A stretch of 64,000 bases of DNA, from NCBI GenBank assembly GCA_965200955.1, contig OZ241742.1:3911072-3975071 (forward strand), in the 5' to 3' direction. Under the pieces are notes generated by a model. The model searched no databases and had not been told where the DNA came from. It was given only the letters and a program-made list of their open reading frames with translations. This document shows positions 9,049 to 19,145 of the stretch, in pieces. The stretch's first letter is position 1. Each line of letters starts with the position of its first letter. A program made the translations under genes and the position numbers. Origin of the DNA: Rhodothermales bacterium (GTDB lineage Bacteria; Bacteroidota; Rhodothermia; Rhodothermales; Bin80).

Positions 9049-10955
9049 TGCTTTTTCGGTGGAAGGTTTGTGTGGTTTTTCTCTTCACCTTCAGTTATAC
9101 AATAGGATCCGTTTCTGCACAGCGGTTGACTTCCGATGATTTAGTGAGGGCTGGAGTGACGCGGCTTAGTGATCTCATTGAACTCAGCGATGATTGGATT
9201 GGTAGTTCTACCGAGGGATTTCATTGGACCATCGCACCCGTAGGAACCTCTTGGCAACAAAGTCCACAATGGACTTTGTTTATTGATGGGCTTCCAATCA
9301 ATGTGCAAGCCTTCAATCAGAAAGCTCTGAATGATTTACCCATTACGATCAGTGACATTTGCGAGGTACGTTTTTCATCTATTCCCGTGGTCCTACATGG
9401 AATGGTAGCTGAGGGGGGAGCAATCGAGATTCAAAGGTGTACTCCAGAATCTGGGCTATCCCTTGATGGACATATTTCCGCAGGTAATGAGACTGGGGAT
9501 CCTGGTCCATTCAGGTACACTGAACGCCGAGTGGAGAATGTCGATCGTACTGGCCCAACAGTTCAGGCTAAGATTGGCGCAGGTGCAAGTCATTGGCATC
9601 TTCAAGTGACTGCTGGTGCAGACGAACATCATGCAACTGATCCCCGCATTCGCCCAAGGGTCTTTCAGCTCTATCAAGGAGAAAAAGATGCTCGAATTTT
9701 ATCCCGTCTTGTGAATGTTGAAAGTAAAGTGCTTAATCATCAAATCACAGCAGGAACGAGCCGCGTTGAAGACTTGATTTTTCTTCCACTGATGGGAAGA
9801 GAAATTCCCCTTGATAAAACGATTAGATGGATTGGTGCATCGCACGCTCAATCCCGCTACGGATATTCATTGTTGAGTAGTTCCCAAGATCTACGAACGC
9901 GAGAAAATCCCGCGGCTGTTACCATTGACTTTTTTCAGAGAAATATTCATGCACGAGGCTATACCGTTTTGTCATTGCCGTATGCATCATCCATTGAAGT
10001 CGGAGCCACAGGAATGCTCTCTCAGATTCGATATGGCACTAACCAAGTTCGCGATCAAATAGAATCCTTACGCATCTACGGACAATTCCACTGGGATGAG
10101 TTCTATGGGATCCAATCAAAGAGTTTAGGTGCTCTCTCCTTGGATGCTGGATCTCTTGGATTTGAGTTCTTTTCCCATGCATGGCATCCGCAAAGTGGAT
10201 TCAGTATACAGACTCTAATCAAACACCGCTCCCCAGAATCAACAATCAATTATGCGGGTTGGGTCAAACGGGGCTATCATGTAGATTTTCCAGTGGCTCG
10301 TATTCCATCACAGCCATTACCCAGACATGCGTCACTGTACTCCACAGATCTTAGCTGGAGATCAGGAAATCATCTTCAATTCCGTTTCACCGGCGGCTGG
10401 CGAAGATACGTCAATCATATCATCTCCTACACGGAGTCTCACTTAGATTCAACTCGAATTGGATTGACAGCCATGACACAGATCATCTCTACCAGTGGAC
10501 ATGTTGCCCGAATCGGTTTTGGGGCTCAAATGCCAATCTCAAAAAAACTTGCACTCAGTGCCTCTGGAGTGTATATGCATACTTGGTCAAACCAGATCCC
10601 TTTCAAGCACGAATGGCCTCATCGTTTCCTGATTGGAGTGAGGGGAGAATTTCAACCGAATGAACGCTTCAGCATCGATATGAGACTTCGCTTTGTAGGT
10701 CAAAGTACATGGGAGCAGTACAGAGAAGTTGCACTACACAACCCAAAGTTTTATGTAGCAAGCGTCCCCAATGCGGTTTATCTGCATGTAACACTTCAGA
10801 AAAGATTATGGGAAGATCGACTTCGCATCAGTGCTACCATGCGTAATGTATTGGATCATCCATACATCCTTCATCCTGCAGGAGCACGCACACGTGGACT
10901 CTTTCAGGTGGCGGTCAGTTATGCATTTACCGCAAAAAATATCCCATTACTATGA
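9048..10955 (+). CDS. TonB-dependent-receptor-like outer-membrane protein (plug-like N-terminus + barrel)
   Basis: Signal peptide ending SVSAQ. The plug-like segment is LTSDDLVRAGVTRLSDLIELSDDW...LFIDGLPINVQ...ISDICEVRFSSIPVVLHGMVAEGGAIEIQ. It is followed by a long beta-rich C-terminal part ending ...FQVAVSYAF. Confidence 0.55.
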   Translation: MLFRWKVCVVFLFTFSYTIGSVSAQRLTSDDLVRAGVTRLSDLIELSDDWIGSSTEGFHWTIAPVGTSWQQSPQWTLFIDGLPINVQAFNQKALNDLPITISDICEVRFSSIPVVLHGMVAEGGAIEIQRCTPESGLSLDGHISAGNETGDPGPFRYTERRVENVDRTGPTVQAKIGAGASHWHLQVTAGADEHHATDPRIRPRVFQLYQGEKDARILSRLVNVESKVLNHQITAGTSRVEDLIFLPLMGREIPLDKTIRWIGASHAQSRYGYSLLSSSQDLRTRENPAAVTIDFFQRNIHARGYTVLSLPYASSIEVGATGMLSQIRYGTNQVRDQIESLRIYGQFHWDEFYGIQSKSLGALSLDAGSLGFEFFSHAWHPQSGFSIQTLIKHRSPESTINYAGWVKRGYHVDFPVARIPSQPLPRHASLYSTDLSWRSGNHLQFRFTGGWRRYVNHIISYTESHLDSTRIGLTAMTQIISTSGHVARIGFGAQMPISKKLALSASGVYMHTWSNQIPFKHEWPHRFLIGVRGEFQPNERFSIDMRLRFVGQSTWEQYREVALHNPKFYVASVPNAVYLHVTLQKRLWEDRLRISATMRNVLDHPYILHPAGARTRGLFQVAVSYAFTAKNIPLL

Positions 10956-11115
10956 AAATACTGGCTCCTGAGACGGAATGTTTGAGGAGAATTTCTCCAT
11001 GACCTGATCAAAAGAATCTCCAATGTACTCCATTTTGAAAATAACATCGTACAACTATCCAATAAGAACATTGAGTTCAGCCAATCTACGTTTTTCATCT
11101 TATCCTCCCATCTTC

Positions 11116-11586
11116 ATGCCGCGTATTTTTCTTCTATGTTTCATTCTGAGCTTTATGGTCTACCCAGATGTTCATGCTCAGATTACACAAATTGAGTCTG
11201 TCCTCAATGATTTTCACTTGGCTGCATCCGATGCAGACTATGACAGGTACTTTTCACATCTTGATGAAGAAAGTATTTTCATCGGCACAGATATCACAGA
11301 GCGGTGGAGTAAATCTCAATTCCAATCATATGCATTACCACATTTTGAGGCAGGAAGGGGATGGACATATGCTCCTAAAGAACGCCATATTTATGTGTCT
11401 GATGATCGTAAAGTGGCTTGGTTTGATGAAATCTTGGTCAATGAAAAATATGGCGAAGTCCGAGGAACGGGGGTATTGGTCTCTCAGGATAAGACATGGA
11501 AAATTGCTCAATATCACTTGACCGTCCCCATTCCAAATGATCTTTTGCCCACCGTCATTGAGATGATGGATGGTGTACCAGAGTAG
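11116..11586 (+). CDS. secreted SnoaL/NTF2-like (DUF4440-like) protein
   Basis: Signal peptide MPRIFLLCFILSFMVYPDVHAQ, then LNDFHLAASDADYDRYFSHLDEESIFIGTD..ERW, typical of NTF2-fold SnoaL-like proteins. Confidence 0.55.
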   Translation: MPRIFLLCFILSFMVYPDVHAQITQIESVLNDFHLAASDADYDRYFSHLDEESIFIGTDITERWSKSQFQSYALPHFEAGRGWTYAPKERHIYVSDDRKVAWFDEILVNEKYGEVRGTGVLVSQDKTWKIAQYHLTVPIPNDLLPTVIEMMDGVPE

Positions 11587-11855
11587 ATTCCTATTCTCGC
11601 TATTTGAGACTCATGCCTCGTTGTTGATGCGATGTTCTTCCTTGAATTAGAGGATTTTCATTTTGAGTGAACCTATCCATGAGAGTCTACGAGATCAGAT
11701 CATGATCTTCTTTTCTCATCAAAAGCAGGAACAGATTTACTATGTACGCAGGTGGGAGGAGGAAGCACAGATCCAATCGCAGAGGAAGAGGCACATCGTA
11801 GAGTAACAAAATTTGACTTAGTCAGTAATCACGATCATACCTTGTTAGTAAATTT

Positions 11856-12836
11856 TTACTGGAAAGATAATCCGGCCTTATCAATCAAAACGCCATTTCG
11901 AAAATCCTCCTCCCTTAAAAACGTGGTAAGGGCAGTTCCTGTCAGGTAATGGGGATAAAATCCTGTTCGTGCCAAAGATGCTTTCACATCAGGTTGCTGG
12001 AATACATTCCAGAGTGCGACGCGTAGCCTTTCAAGATGAGCATCTTGAAGGTTGGAAGGTGCAACGAGTACAATCCATTGTCCAACCGATGCATAATCAA
12101 TCCCAAGTTCCTGAAGTGTTGGAATTTCAGGTGAAAACATGACTCGTTGGTGTGAGGTTACGGCAAGGGTGCGTACCTGATGCGTTACACGAAGAGAGTC
12201 AACATCGGATAAAGAGGTCATCACCATATCCACCTCCCCCGCCAGCAAGTCCGCCAGTGCAGGATCTGATCCCGAACTGGGCTTCCATCCTATGGCAGAT
12301 GGATCAAGTTGTACAGCTTCAAGGAGTCCCACTCGTTGCAAATCCCAAATTCCACCATAGTATGTGCCACTGGCGGTAACAGAGACGGAGTCCGTTATTA
12401 ATGCCGAGATCAGCTCATTCATACTCTCCCAGGGAGCATGTTTTGCAACGGTAATGGCTCCTGGACTCACCGCAATCAGTGCAATGGGAGTAAAACGATT
12501 CACATCAACCGGAGTGACTCCGGTCCAGTGGTTCATCGTAGATTCAACACCAATCGCTCCAAGAGTATAGCCGTCCGAAGGAGATTGTGATAATGCAATC
12601 TGACTGGCAACCCCATTTGCTCCGGGGCGATTGTCCACTGCAATAGGCTGCTCTAACTCAACCTCAAGAGCACCAGCAACAATGCCGATGGCAGAGTCGC
12701 CGAGTGTCCCATCCTCCCACTGAACTATCAAATTCAATGGTTGGTTTGGGTAGGCATGCTCAGGAGTCGGAGAAGGGCAACCTAAGAGGGCTATGGATAA
12801 GCACCATAGCCCGAGGCTACGTACATCAACCACCAC
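11856..12836 (-). CDS. Bug/TctC-family tripartite tricarboxylate transporter substrate-binding lipoprotein (orphan; no tctA/tctB nearby)
   Basis: ..AVDNRPGANGVASQIALSQSPSDGYTLG...FTPIALIAVSPGAITVAKHAPW...LADLLAGEVDMVMTSL...EIPTLQELGID... matches the TctC pattern. A lipobox LLGC is present. A GTG start at 12836/12833 lies directly after the dinB-like stop. Confidence 0.7.
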   Translation of the reverse strand: MVVDVRSLGLWCLSIALLGCPSPTPEHAYPNQPLNLIVQWEDGTLGDSAIGIVAGALEVELEQPIAVDNRPGANGVASQIALSQSPSDGYTLGAIGVESTMNHWTGVTPVDVNRFTPIALIAVSPGAITVAKHAPWESMNELISALITDSVSVTASGTYYGGIWDLQRVGLLEAVQLDPSAIGWKPSSGSDPALADLLAGEVDMVMTSLSDVDSLRVTHQVRTLAVTSHQRVMFSPEIPTLQELGIDYASVGQWIVLVAPSNLQDAHLERLRVALWNVFQQPDVKASLARTGFYPHYLTGTALTTFLREEDFRNGVLIDKAGLSFQ

Positions 12837-13341
12837 TCCAAGGGGGAGCAATCCCATTGGATCGGGCATAAGCGATCAACTGTCCAAGATGTTCATGGGT
12901 ATGTCCAGTAAGAATCCCCAGAGCTCCATAGTGATTCATGGTCATGCCGAATACTTCAGCATTTGAAGATAAGTCCGCATCAGTCATAGAGCCAATCAGT
13001 TCTCGAACATGGTCTTGTGATGCCATCAAACGTGCCATAGCACCCTCTTTGGTATCAGTTGCCATCGCTTCATAATCCGACTCATGACCCAACATGGCCG
13101 CAATTCCGAAATTAGCATCGGAGACATGATTGAGAACTTCAACCACGGAACGAACCCCCTCCGCAGGACTCCAGTCAAAATGATCATCGGGAATGGCATC
13201 ACTAAGACTGTTGATTTTTTCTGATGCACCATCAAAATCCATCACCACTGCATCTAAATATGCACTGTTACTGTGATCCTGTGCAGAGACAGAAAGCACG
13301 AAAATTAACGTCAGAGATAGTAATAAAATGTGTCTTAACAT
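12826..13341 (-). CDS. DinB-superfamily metal-binding protein (secreted)
   Basis: Signal peptide MLRHILLLSLTLIFVLSVSAQ, with DinB-like His triad context (..VLNHVSD.., ..GHTHEHLGQLIAYAR). Confidence 0.75.
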   Translation of the reverse strand: MLRHILLLSLTLIFVLSVSAQDHSNSAYLDAVVMDFDGASEKINSLSDAIPDDHFDWSPAEGVRSVVEVLNHVSDANFGIAAMLGHESDYEAMATDTKEGAMARLMASQDHVRELIGSMTDADLSSNAEVFGMTMNHYGALGILTGHTHEHLGQLIAYARSNGIAPPWSGG

Positions 13342-13873
13342 GAGAGTATAGAAAATAGTTGAATGGAATAAAGAAAATAGTCGTACTTAATTAATTCATA
13401 TAGGTTGCAGAGCAATTCAAGGAGTAAGTTTTGATTCGCTCACTTGTGACCGTTTTGCATGGATCAAGTCAATGGTATATCAAAGGGTTGATGAACTGCA
13501 GATTAGGATTCGCACCAATAACTTACTATACTATACCACTATACCAACAGAGATAACCTACGGAGCAGAATGTGAGATGTCTTACCATTAGTCAATTCTC
13601 TCAAAACGTATTGATGCCGATTGAAGTAGATACCCCTCACAAACAATCAATTTGTGAACCTAATGAAGATCAATGGTGGTTACGACGGGGACTAATTGAT
13701 TCTGACCGTCCTTAGTATGCGTAATGTTCTATTGGTGGACGAATACAAAGGTCGGTATTGGATGTGCTGTACCGAGGGTGCAAAAGAGATTGGAAGAAAT
13801 AAACCATTTACCCATAGATCAAAATGATCTATGAATAGAGAAGTGAATGAAGTTCCGTAAACGAATGCCTCGG

Positions 13874-14233
13874 TTAGTTCATACTTAACATGACGCGAAC
13901 TAAAAGTGCCAGTATACCCAATCCAGTAGAAAAAATGCCAATAAGAATACCAATAATCCATCGATTTGACATTTTGAGTGAATCAAAGCACTTATTGGTT
14001 TCATCAATGCGTCGATTGGTTTCATCAATGCGTTGATTGGTCGCGTCAATTTTCGTTTCAAGAACCTCAAACTTTGATTCAATCTTAATATCGAGTTTCT
14101 CGATTTTTGAATCAAGTTGATTAATCACGTTTTCTGATGCGTGATTTTGAATGAGCTCTGTGAGCTCGTTAGTTTCAGTAGGAATACGATTCTTCGTATC
14201 CAACAGCTCCGATATCCGAGCGAATGACATCAT
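13874..14233 (-). CDS. coiled-coil protein with C-terminal membrane anchor
   Basis: Heptad-rich sequence with RIDETN repeats, then the TM segment WIIGILIGIFSTGLGILALLV. The start was chosen at MMSFARISELL. Confidence 0.4.
   Translation of the reverse strand: MMSFARISELLDTKNRIPTETNELTELIQNHASENVINQLDSKIEKLDIKIESKFEVLETKIDATNQRIDETNRRIDETNKCFDSLKMSNRWIIGILIGIFSTGLGILALLVRVMLSMN
13994..14056 (-). repeat. three tandem 21-nt units (third degenerate) inside the coiled-coil gene
   Basis: attggtttcatcaatgcgtcg / attggtttcatcaatgcgttg / attggtcgcgtcaattttcgt encode IDETNRR-IDETNQR-IDATN... Confidence 0.8.
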
Positions 14234-14300
14234 ATAGTAGATTAAATGAATGGAAATATAAAAACCCAATGGAAGTGATATACGGATATATTAAAAAGAT

Positions 14301-14780
14301 TTACCCTCTTGAACGATATCTAAACAATCCCCGTGTTACCTTGGGCTTACCAAGAATTTCACCAAGGATGATAGCCGTCTGGGCAGATTCAGGATTGCTC
14401 AACTGAGCGGCAATCTTGGATGCTGTCGTTGACTTGGAGGATGGAGTCTTGGATTGTTTTGGTGATGTTCTCACGGGAGGCTGGGGTTGAGAGGAACCGG
14501 ACGCAGAGGGTGGAGTCCTCTCCAATTTTGTAGGTGCAGGCGTAGAGGTTGGAATATCGTAAGTGATCTGTGGATCAGACCATTGAGTCGGTGGAGCAGG
14601 TGCAGTCGTATCAGATTGCTCGTACCCAAATCCACCCGCTAAATCTCTCAGTGTATCCTCCAAAGACATAGGCTCTTGATTCTCCTTAGAGGGTTGCTGC
14701 CTCTTTTTGGCAACTCTACCAATGATCGTAAAAATCAAATAGAGTGCTGCCAAAATGACATATAGCAGAGTTTCATTCAT
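14301..14780 (-). CDS. membrane-anchored Pro/Ser/Thr-rich protein of unknown function
   Basis: N-terminal TM (LLYVILAALYLIFTIIG) followed by a low-complexity P/S/T-rich region. The stop of mutY overlaps its start (ATGA at 14777-14780). Confidence 0.4.
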   Translation of the reverse strand: MNETLLYVILAALYLIFTIIGRVAKKRQQPSKENQEPMSLEDTLRDLAGGFGYEQSDTTAPAPPTQWSDPQITYDIPTSTPAPTKLERTPPSASGSSQPQPPVRTSPKQSKTPSSKSTTASKIAAQLSNPESAQTAIILGEILGKPKVTRGLFRYRSRG

Positions 14781-15883
14781 GATGAATCAGATTCTTGTGT
14801 TGATAGAGTAAGAAGGTCCAAGATACGGCGATTGGCTCTGGGAAACGCAAACTGATGGAGTTGATGCGGATCTACCCATCGGCTCTTCAACCCAGCTGTG
14901 GACACAGGTTCTCCATCGGTAATCGTACATGTGTAGGCACGCAAGGTAATTTTAAAGTGGGAATAGGCATGCTTCACCTCCGCGATCAGATCGCCAACTA
15001 CTACCTTAACGCCCAGCTCCTCATGGAGTTCACGCCCGCATGTTTGCTTTCCCGATTCACCTGACATAGCTTTACCACCAGGCAATTCCCAGAGTCCTCC
15101 CAATAATCCCTTGGCAGGGCGTTGTTGAATGAATATTTTTCCAGAAGAATCTCGTAGAACACCTACGGCTACATCATAGTGCGGAAGAGCATCTTTCTTC
15201 TTGGATAACGGGTACGCCCCTGGAGAACCCTCCAGCCAAGCACGACAAAAAGACTGAACTGGGCAGTTGCTGCATTGAGGCCGTTTTGGTGTACATATTT
15301 GTGAACCCAACTCCATCATGGATTGGTTGAAATCCCCAGGACGATCGTAACACAACAACGAATCGGCTAATGCCTGAATCTCTTTCATTGGATCACCATG
15401 ATGTGCAAAGATCCGAGAGATCACGCGGCGAACATTTCCATCTACAGCTGCAACGGGTTCTCCAAACGCAATGGAAGCAATCGCTCTGCTACTATACGGT
15501 CCAAGACCGGGTAATGCAAGAAGTTCATCACTGCTGGAAGGAGTCTGTCCAGTACGAACAATTTCACGAGCGGCGGCATGAAGTCGATGGGCTCGACCGT
15601 AGTACCCCATCCCTTCCCATAGACGGAGGATTTCATCAAGATGGGCAGATGCCAAATCCTCTACAGTTGGAAATGCATCTAAAAAACGCGTATAATACCC
15701 CCGAACATACTCTACTCGCGTCTGCTGAAGCATGACCTCAGAAACCCAGATAGCATACAGATCGGTTGCTCCTCGCCAAGGGAGATCCCGATGGTTAGCA
15801 TCATACCATGCCAGAAGACTTGTGGAGAACTCTTCTCTACGGATCACAGGCGGACAGGGATGTGACGGGTTCGTTGATTCCAT
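14777..15883 (-). CDS. mutY: A/G-specific adenine DNA glycosylase
   Basis: LLAWYDANHRDLPWR...YAIWVSEVMLQQTRV..V..YY.RFL..FPTV..LA......ILRLWEGMGYY.RA..LH, an HhH-GPD segment (LPGLGPYSSRAIASIAF), a 4Fe-4S Cys cluster (C..C..C...C) and a NUDIX-like C-terminal domain. Confidence 0.9.
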   Translation of the reverse strand: MESTNPSHPCPPVIRREEFSTSLLAWYDANHRDLPWRGATDLYAIWVSEVMLQQTRVEYVRGYYTRFLDAFPTVEDLASAHLDEILRLWEGMGYYGRAHRLHAAAREIVRTGQTPSSSDELLALPGLGPYSSRAIASIAFGEPVAAVDGNVRRVISRIFAHHGDPMKEIQALADSLLCYDRPGDFNQSMMELGSQICTPKRPQCSNCPVQSFCRAWLEGSPGAYPLSKKKDALPHYDVAVGVLRDSSGKIFIQQRPAKGLLGGLWELPGGKAMSGESGKQTCGRELHEELGVKVVVGDLIAEVKHAYSHFKITLRAYTCTITDGEPVSTAGLKSRWVDPHQLHQFAFPRANRRILDLLTLSTQESDSS

Positions 15884-15938
15884 TGGCACACTGCTACGAC
15901 ATCGGCGGTTCAGCGGTTCACACAACCTATCATTACCG

Positions 15939-17609
15939 ATGATCGTTTATTTCCTGATGTTCATCTATTCTTGTATGATCACGGTCCATGCGAACGCCCA
16001 GTGGCAGGTGGTTGCTGATAGAGATACACTATCATGGACATGGGCCAATCCATTGGGGGACTCCCTCACCTATGAGCAGCAACTCATCGGCAAGATGCAT
16101 CAGGATGGATATTTGTATGCTACAATTGACTCAGCAAATACATCCTCCGAAGTCTTTTTTGTCTCAAGAGGGCACCGTGCAACCATTGAATCCATCACGA
16201 TGGAAGGGATCACCGCTACGGATACTTCCTTGATCTCGCTACCAGCAAAGCGTGGAGATTGGATCACATCCTCCTCAATGAAAAAAATCGCCGACTCCAT
16301 TCTTGATCATTATTCCGAAATTGGGTATGTGCTTGCAGCAGTCAGAATTGAAGCCATTATCCCCCTAGACAGCATTCGCCATGATGTATGGATTCAAGTC
16401 ACAGAAGGAGCACCTGCACATCTTGAGCAGATTGTTCTGCCCGGTGCAAAACGGACGAAGTCTGCATTTGTGATCCATACATCGGGACTGAACCCTGGAC
16501 AGATTCTGAAACATTTTCAACCCGCAGAAATCCAGAGCAAGTTGCAAGCGACAGGTATCTTTCGCACAGTGGAACACCCAGAATTGTATCAGACATCCGA
16601 CAGTAGTGTCGTCATTCACATACCCGTCCAAGAAAGCCCTTTGGGAGCGTTTGATCTAGCACTTGGATTTGAGCGATCCGATGGAGGGCGAGGAGCATTG
16701 ATTGGAAGTGGCAATCTTTTCTTGCGCAACCTGTTTGGAGGAGCCAGAACGCTGGAACTGAAACTCCATCAAGCACCTGATCAGTTGGGGTATGTCATGA
16801 TTCATGTTGAGACTCCTCTCATTTTTGGATTACCCATCAGTATCATGGGGGCATTTGAAGGACTCCAGCAGGATTCAACCTATGGACAGCGTGAGTATCA
16901 AGCACAAATAGGGTACTGGATTGATCCATCGGTTAAGATCTTCTCAAGTGTCACCCGCGAAATCACGCGCCCTGGTCTAACGGGAACACAGTTCATTGAT
17001 GGCCTTCAACGAATTCCGATCGCAAATGCATTATTTATTGGTGGGGGGCTGGACATTCGTAAGCTGAATCATGCAATCAACCCCACTGAAGGGTATCGTT
17101 TTATGATGCATGCAGAGAGCGGCCATATCGATAAAGATCAGATCTCGGAAACACCTGATTCCATGCAACAGCAACGTAGATTTCGCCAAGGGAGGCTCAC
17201 GACCGAGGCGCGGGTGTATATCCCGGCAACTCGCCACAGTCTGTTCGTCACCGGCGGGGAGCTCCAGCTTCTTCGAAGCTCACAGACTGATGAAAGTGAT
17301 CTATTTCGGATCGGAGGAGCACAAAGCCTGCGGGGATATGATGAACATCGGTTCCGTGCTTCGTTTGCAGTTCGGATGCTGATGGAGTATCGCTATTTGT
17401 TGGATCAAGTCACCTACGGCTTCGGATTTTTCGATCTTGGGTATCTCCATAACCGTAAAGGATCCCGCTTTCCAAGTGGGTGGTATCCAGGATTTGGGGC
17501 GGGATTTCAGCTGGATACCGCGGCAGGAGTGATGTATGTTACCCTTGCTACCACGACCGAGGATCTAACGGCCATTCGGGCACATATCGGATTTTCACTG
17601 GAAATGTAA
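15939..17609 (+). CDS. Omp85/BamA-family (bacterial surface antigen D15) outer-membrane protein
   Basis: Signal peptide MIVYFLMFIYSCMITVHANAQ. The C-terminal barrel carries ..RIGGAQSLRGYDEHRF...GFGFFDLGY...GFGAGFQLDT.. motifs. The first 69 codons of tracked ORF 15732-17609 are antisense to mutY and are discarded. Confidence 0.7.
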   Translation: MIVYFLMFIYSCMITVHANAQWQVVADRDTLSWTWANPLGDSLTYEQQLIGKMHQDGYLYATIDSANTSSEVFFVSRGHRATIESITMEGITATDTSLISLPAKRGDWITSSSMKKIADSILDHYSEIGYVLAAVRIEAIIPLDSIRHDVWIQVTEGAPAHLEQIVLPGAKRTKSAFVIHTSGLNPGQILKHFQPAEIQSKLQATGIFRTVEHPELYQTSDSSVVIHIPVQESPLGAFDLALGFERSDGGRGALIGSGNLFLRNLFGGARTLELKLHQAPDQLGYVMIHVETPLIFGLPISIMGAFEGLQQDSTYGQREYQAQIGYWIDPSVKIFSSVTREITRPGLTGTQFIDGLQRIPIANALFIGGGLDIRKLNHAINPTEGYRFMMHAESGHIDKDQISETPDSMQQQRRFRQGRLTTEARVYIPATRHSLFVTGGELQLLRSSQTDESDLFRIGGAQSLRGYDEHRFRASFAVRMLMEYRYLLDQVTYGFGFFDLGYLHNRKGSRFPSGWYPGFGAGFQLDTAAGVMYVTLATTTEDLTAIRAHIGFSLEM

Positions 17610-17612
17610 ACC

Positions 17613-18317
17613 ATGGACCGATTCTTTTATGCTCCCCCTGAATCGTTTTCAGACACGGGGGATGTCATCCTACCCCCAGATGAGGCAAGACATGCTATCA
17701 AAGTCCTTCGACTCCGACCTGAAGATATCGTGACCGTGGTCGATGGTCAGGGTCTGGCCGCAAAAGTACAGATTGTGCGTGCCGATCGAAATGAAGTCCT
17801 TGGACGCATGATCTCTATAGATCAGAACCTTGGTGAGCCTTCCTGGACCTTGACGATAGGGCTGGCATTGCTGAATCAGCATCGGCGGTATGAACTGTTC
17901 CTTGAAAAAGCGGTGGAATTGGGGGTTACTCAGATCATTCCTCTCACTACCGATCGCACGCAGTCAAAAATCTGGCGTGAAGATCGTGCAGTCCAAGTGA
18001 TGATTGCCGCCTTAAAACAATGCCACCGAAGTAAACTTCCTATTCTGCATCCAGTGACCTCATTTAGGGACGCTGTCCATGAAGGAACCCTCATTGCCGA
18101 TCCAAACGCAGACCAACCCATTCTCCAGGAAATCCATACTGCGGGTGACTCTGTGACGTTTCTGATCGGACCAGAGGGAGGATGGACAGATCAAGAACTT
18201 CAATGTGCCCGTAAACATGGCGGTAAGCTGGTCCGATTGGGACCACGCAATCTGCGTGCAGAAACCGCCGCGATCTGCTGTGCGGCATCCATGATGCTCA
18301 ACAACCCATACAAGTAG
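17613..18317 (+). CDS. rsmE: 16S rRNA (uracil1498-N3)-methyltransferase
   Basis: MDRFFY..., EARHAIKVLRLRPED, LALLNQHRRYELFLEKAVELGVTQIIPL, FLIGPEGGWTDQEL...LGPRNLRAETAA: canonical RsmE motifs. Confidence 0.9.
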   Translation: MDRFFYAPPESFSDTGDVILPPDEARHAIKVLRLRPEDIVTVVDGQGLAAKVQIVRADRNEVLGRMISIDQNLGEPSWTLTIGLALLNQHRRYELFLEKAVELGVTQIIPLTTDRTQSKIWREDRAVQVMIAALKQCHRSKLPILHPVTSFRDAVHEGTLIADPNADQPILQEIHTAGDSVTFLIGPEGGWTDQELQCARKHGGKLVRLGPRNLRAETAAICCAASMMLNNPYK

Positions 18318-18739
18318 ATCCCTGAGAAAAACATGATTCATGACCCATATGCTCTGGGGTTCCTTCATGATTTTTCAGTTCATCCATTAGCCTGTGGAGA
18401 TCTTTGGTCATCCACATCCATTGGAAACATCTTGGTCAAACAAGGTCATTTCTTCATCAAACCCCGAAGGCAGTGGTTGCAAAGATCTGCACGCAGAACG
18501 ATATCATCTCATTCATCATGGATCTGTCCTTGGTACCAAAACATCTCCCTTGAATCATTTCAAGGAACAATCCAGACATGGAGATGTACCATAGGTAACA
18601 TCACCATAGGCATCCATATTGATGTGTGCGGTTCTAAAAACTCTTCCATTAGGCTGGTGATGTTTATAGATTAGAGGTATTCCCTCTGTTTTGTACTGCT
18701 ACGAAGAGACGACTTCGTTCACCTTAATACGATACATTG

Positions 18740-19102
18740 ATGTTTACGCTATTGATTATCATTATTGCACTCATTGGGGTCATTATGACTGGGCTGATCC
18801 TGCTTCAGGCAGGCAAAGGGGGAGGACTTGCGGGCATAGCCTCAGGCGGAGCAACCACCCAAATTTTAGGTGCTCGACAAGCACCTGACGTTCTTGAACG
18901 TGGGACATGGATTCTGGCGACCGTGTTTATTATCCTGTGTATCATGACCAACTTTGTGATTGATGATGGAAGTTCACAACGAAGCGTACTTCAACAATCT
19001 CAACCTGCCACTCAACCAACGACCGTTCCTGGCCCCGAAGACCTTCCTCCTCCACTAGAGGATATTTCTGCTGAACCTGCACCCCTTCCCGAAGAAGAAT
19101 AA
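18740..19102 (+). CDS. secG: preprotein translocase subunit SecG
   Basis: MFTLLIIIIALIGVIMTGLILLQAGKGGGLAGIASGG...LERGTWILATVFIILCI is the typical SecG two-TM layout with the LLQ.GKG motif. Confidence 0.85.
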   Translation: MFTLLIIIIALIGVIMTGLILLQAGKGGGLAGIASGGATTQILGARQAPDVLERGTWILATVFIILCIMTNFVIDDGSSQRSVLQQSQPATQPTTVPGPEDLPPPLEDISAEPAPLPEEE

Positions 19103-19103
19103 A

Positions 19104-19139
19104 CAGGGTGGGATGACCTCAATGATGAGGCCATCCCTG
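19104..19139. terminator. imperfect hairpin between the convergent secG and rnpB
   Basis: CAGGGTGGGATGACCTC-aatgat-GAGGCCATCCCTG lies immediately after the secG stop and 3' of rnpB. There is no clean U-tract. Confidence 0.35.
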
Positions 19140-19145
19140 GTGTTC

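Noticed and set aside
15732-15938. N-terminal extension of the Omp85-family ORF (tracked from 15732).
   Set aside because: These 69 codons are antisense to the mutY 5' end and precede an obvious signal peptide starting at ATG 15939.
18333-18674. 113-aa + ORF and overlapping minus-strand fragments (..IYKHHQPNGRVFRTAHINMDAYGDVTYG..) between rsmE and secG.
   Set aside because: Neither strand gives an uninterrupted, recognisable protein. It may be a decayed small gene, but this is unsupported.
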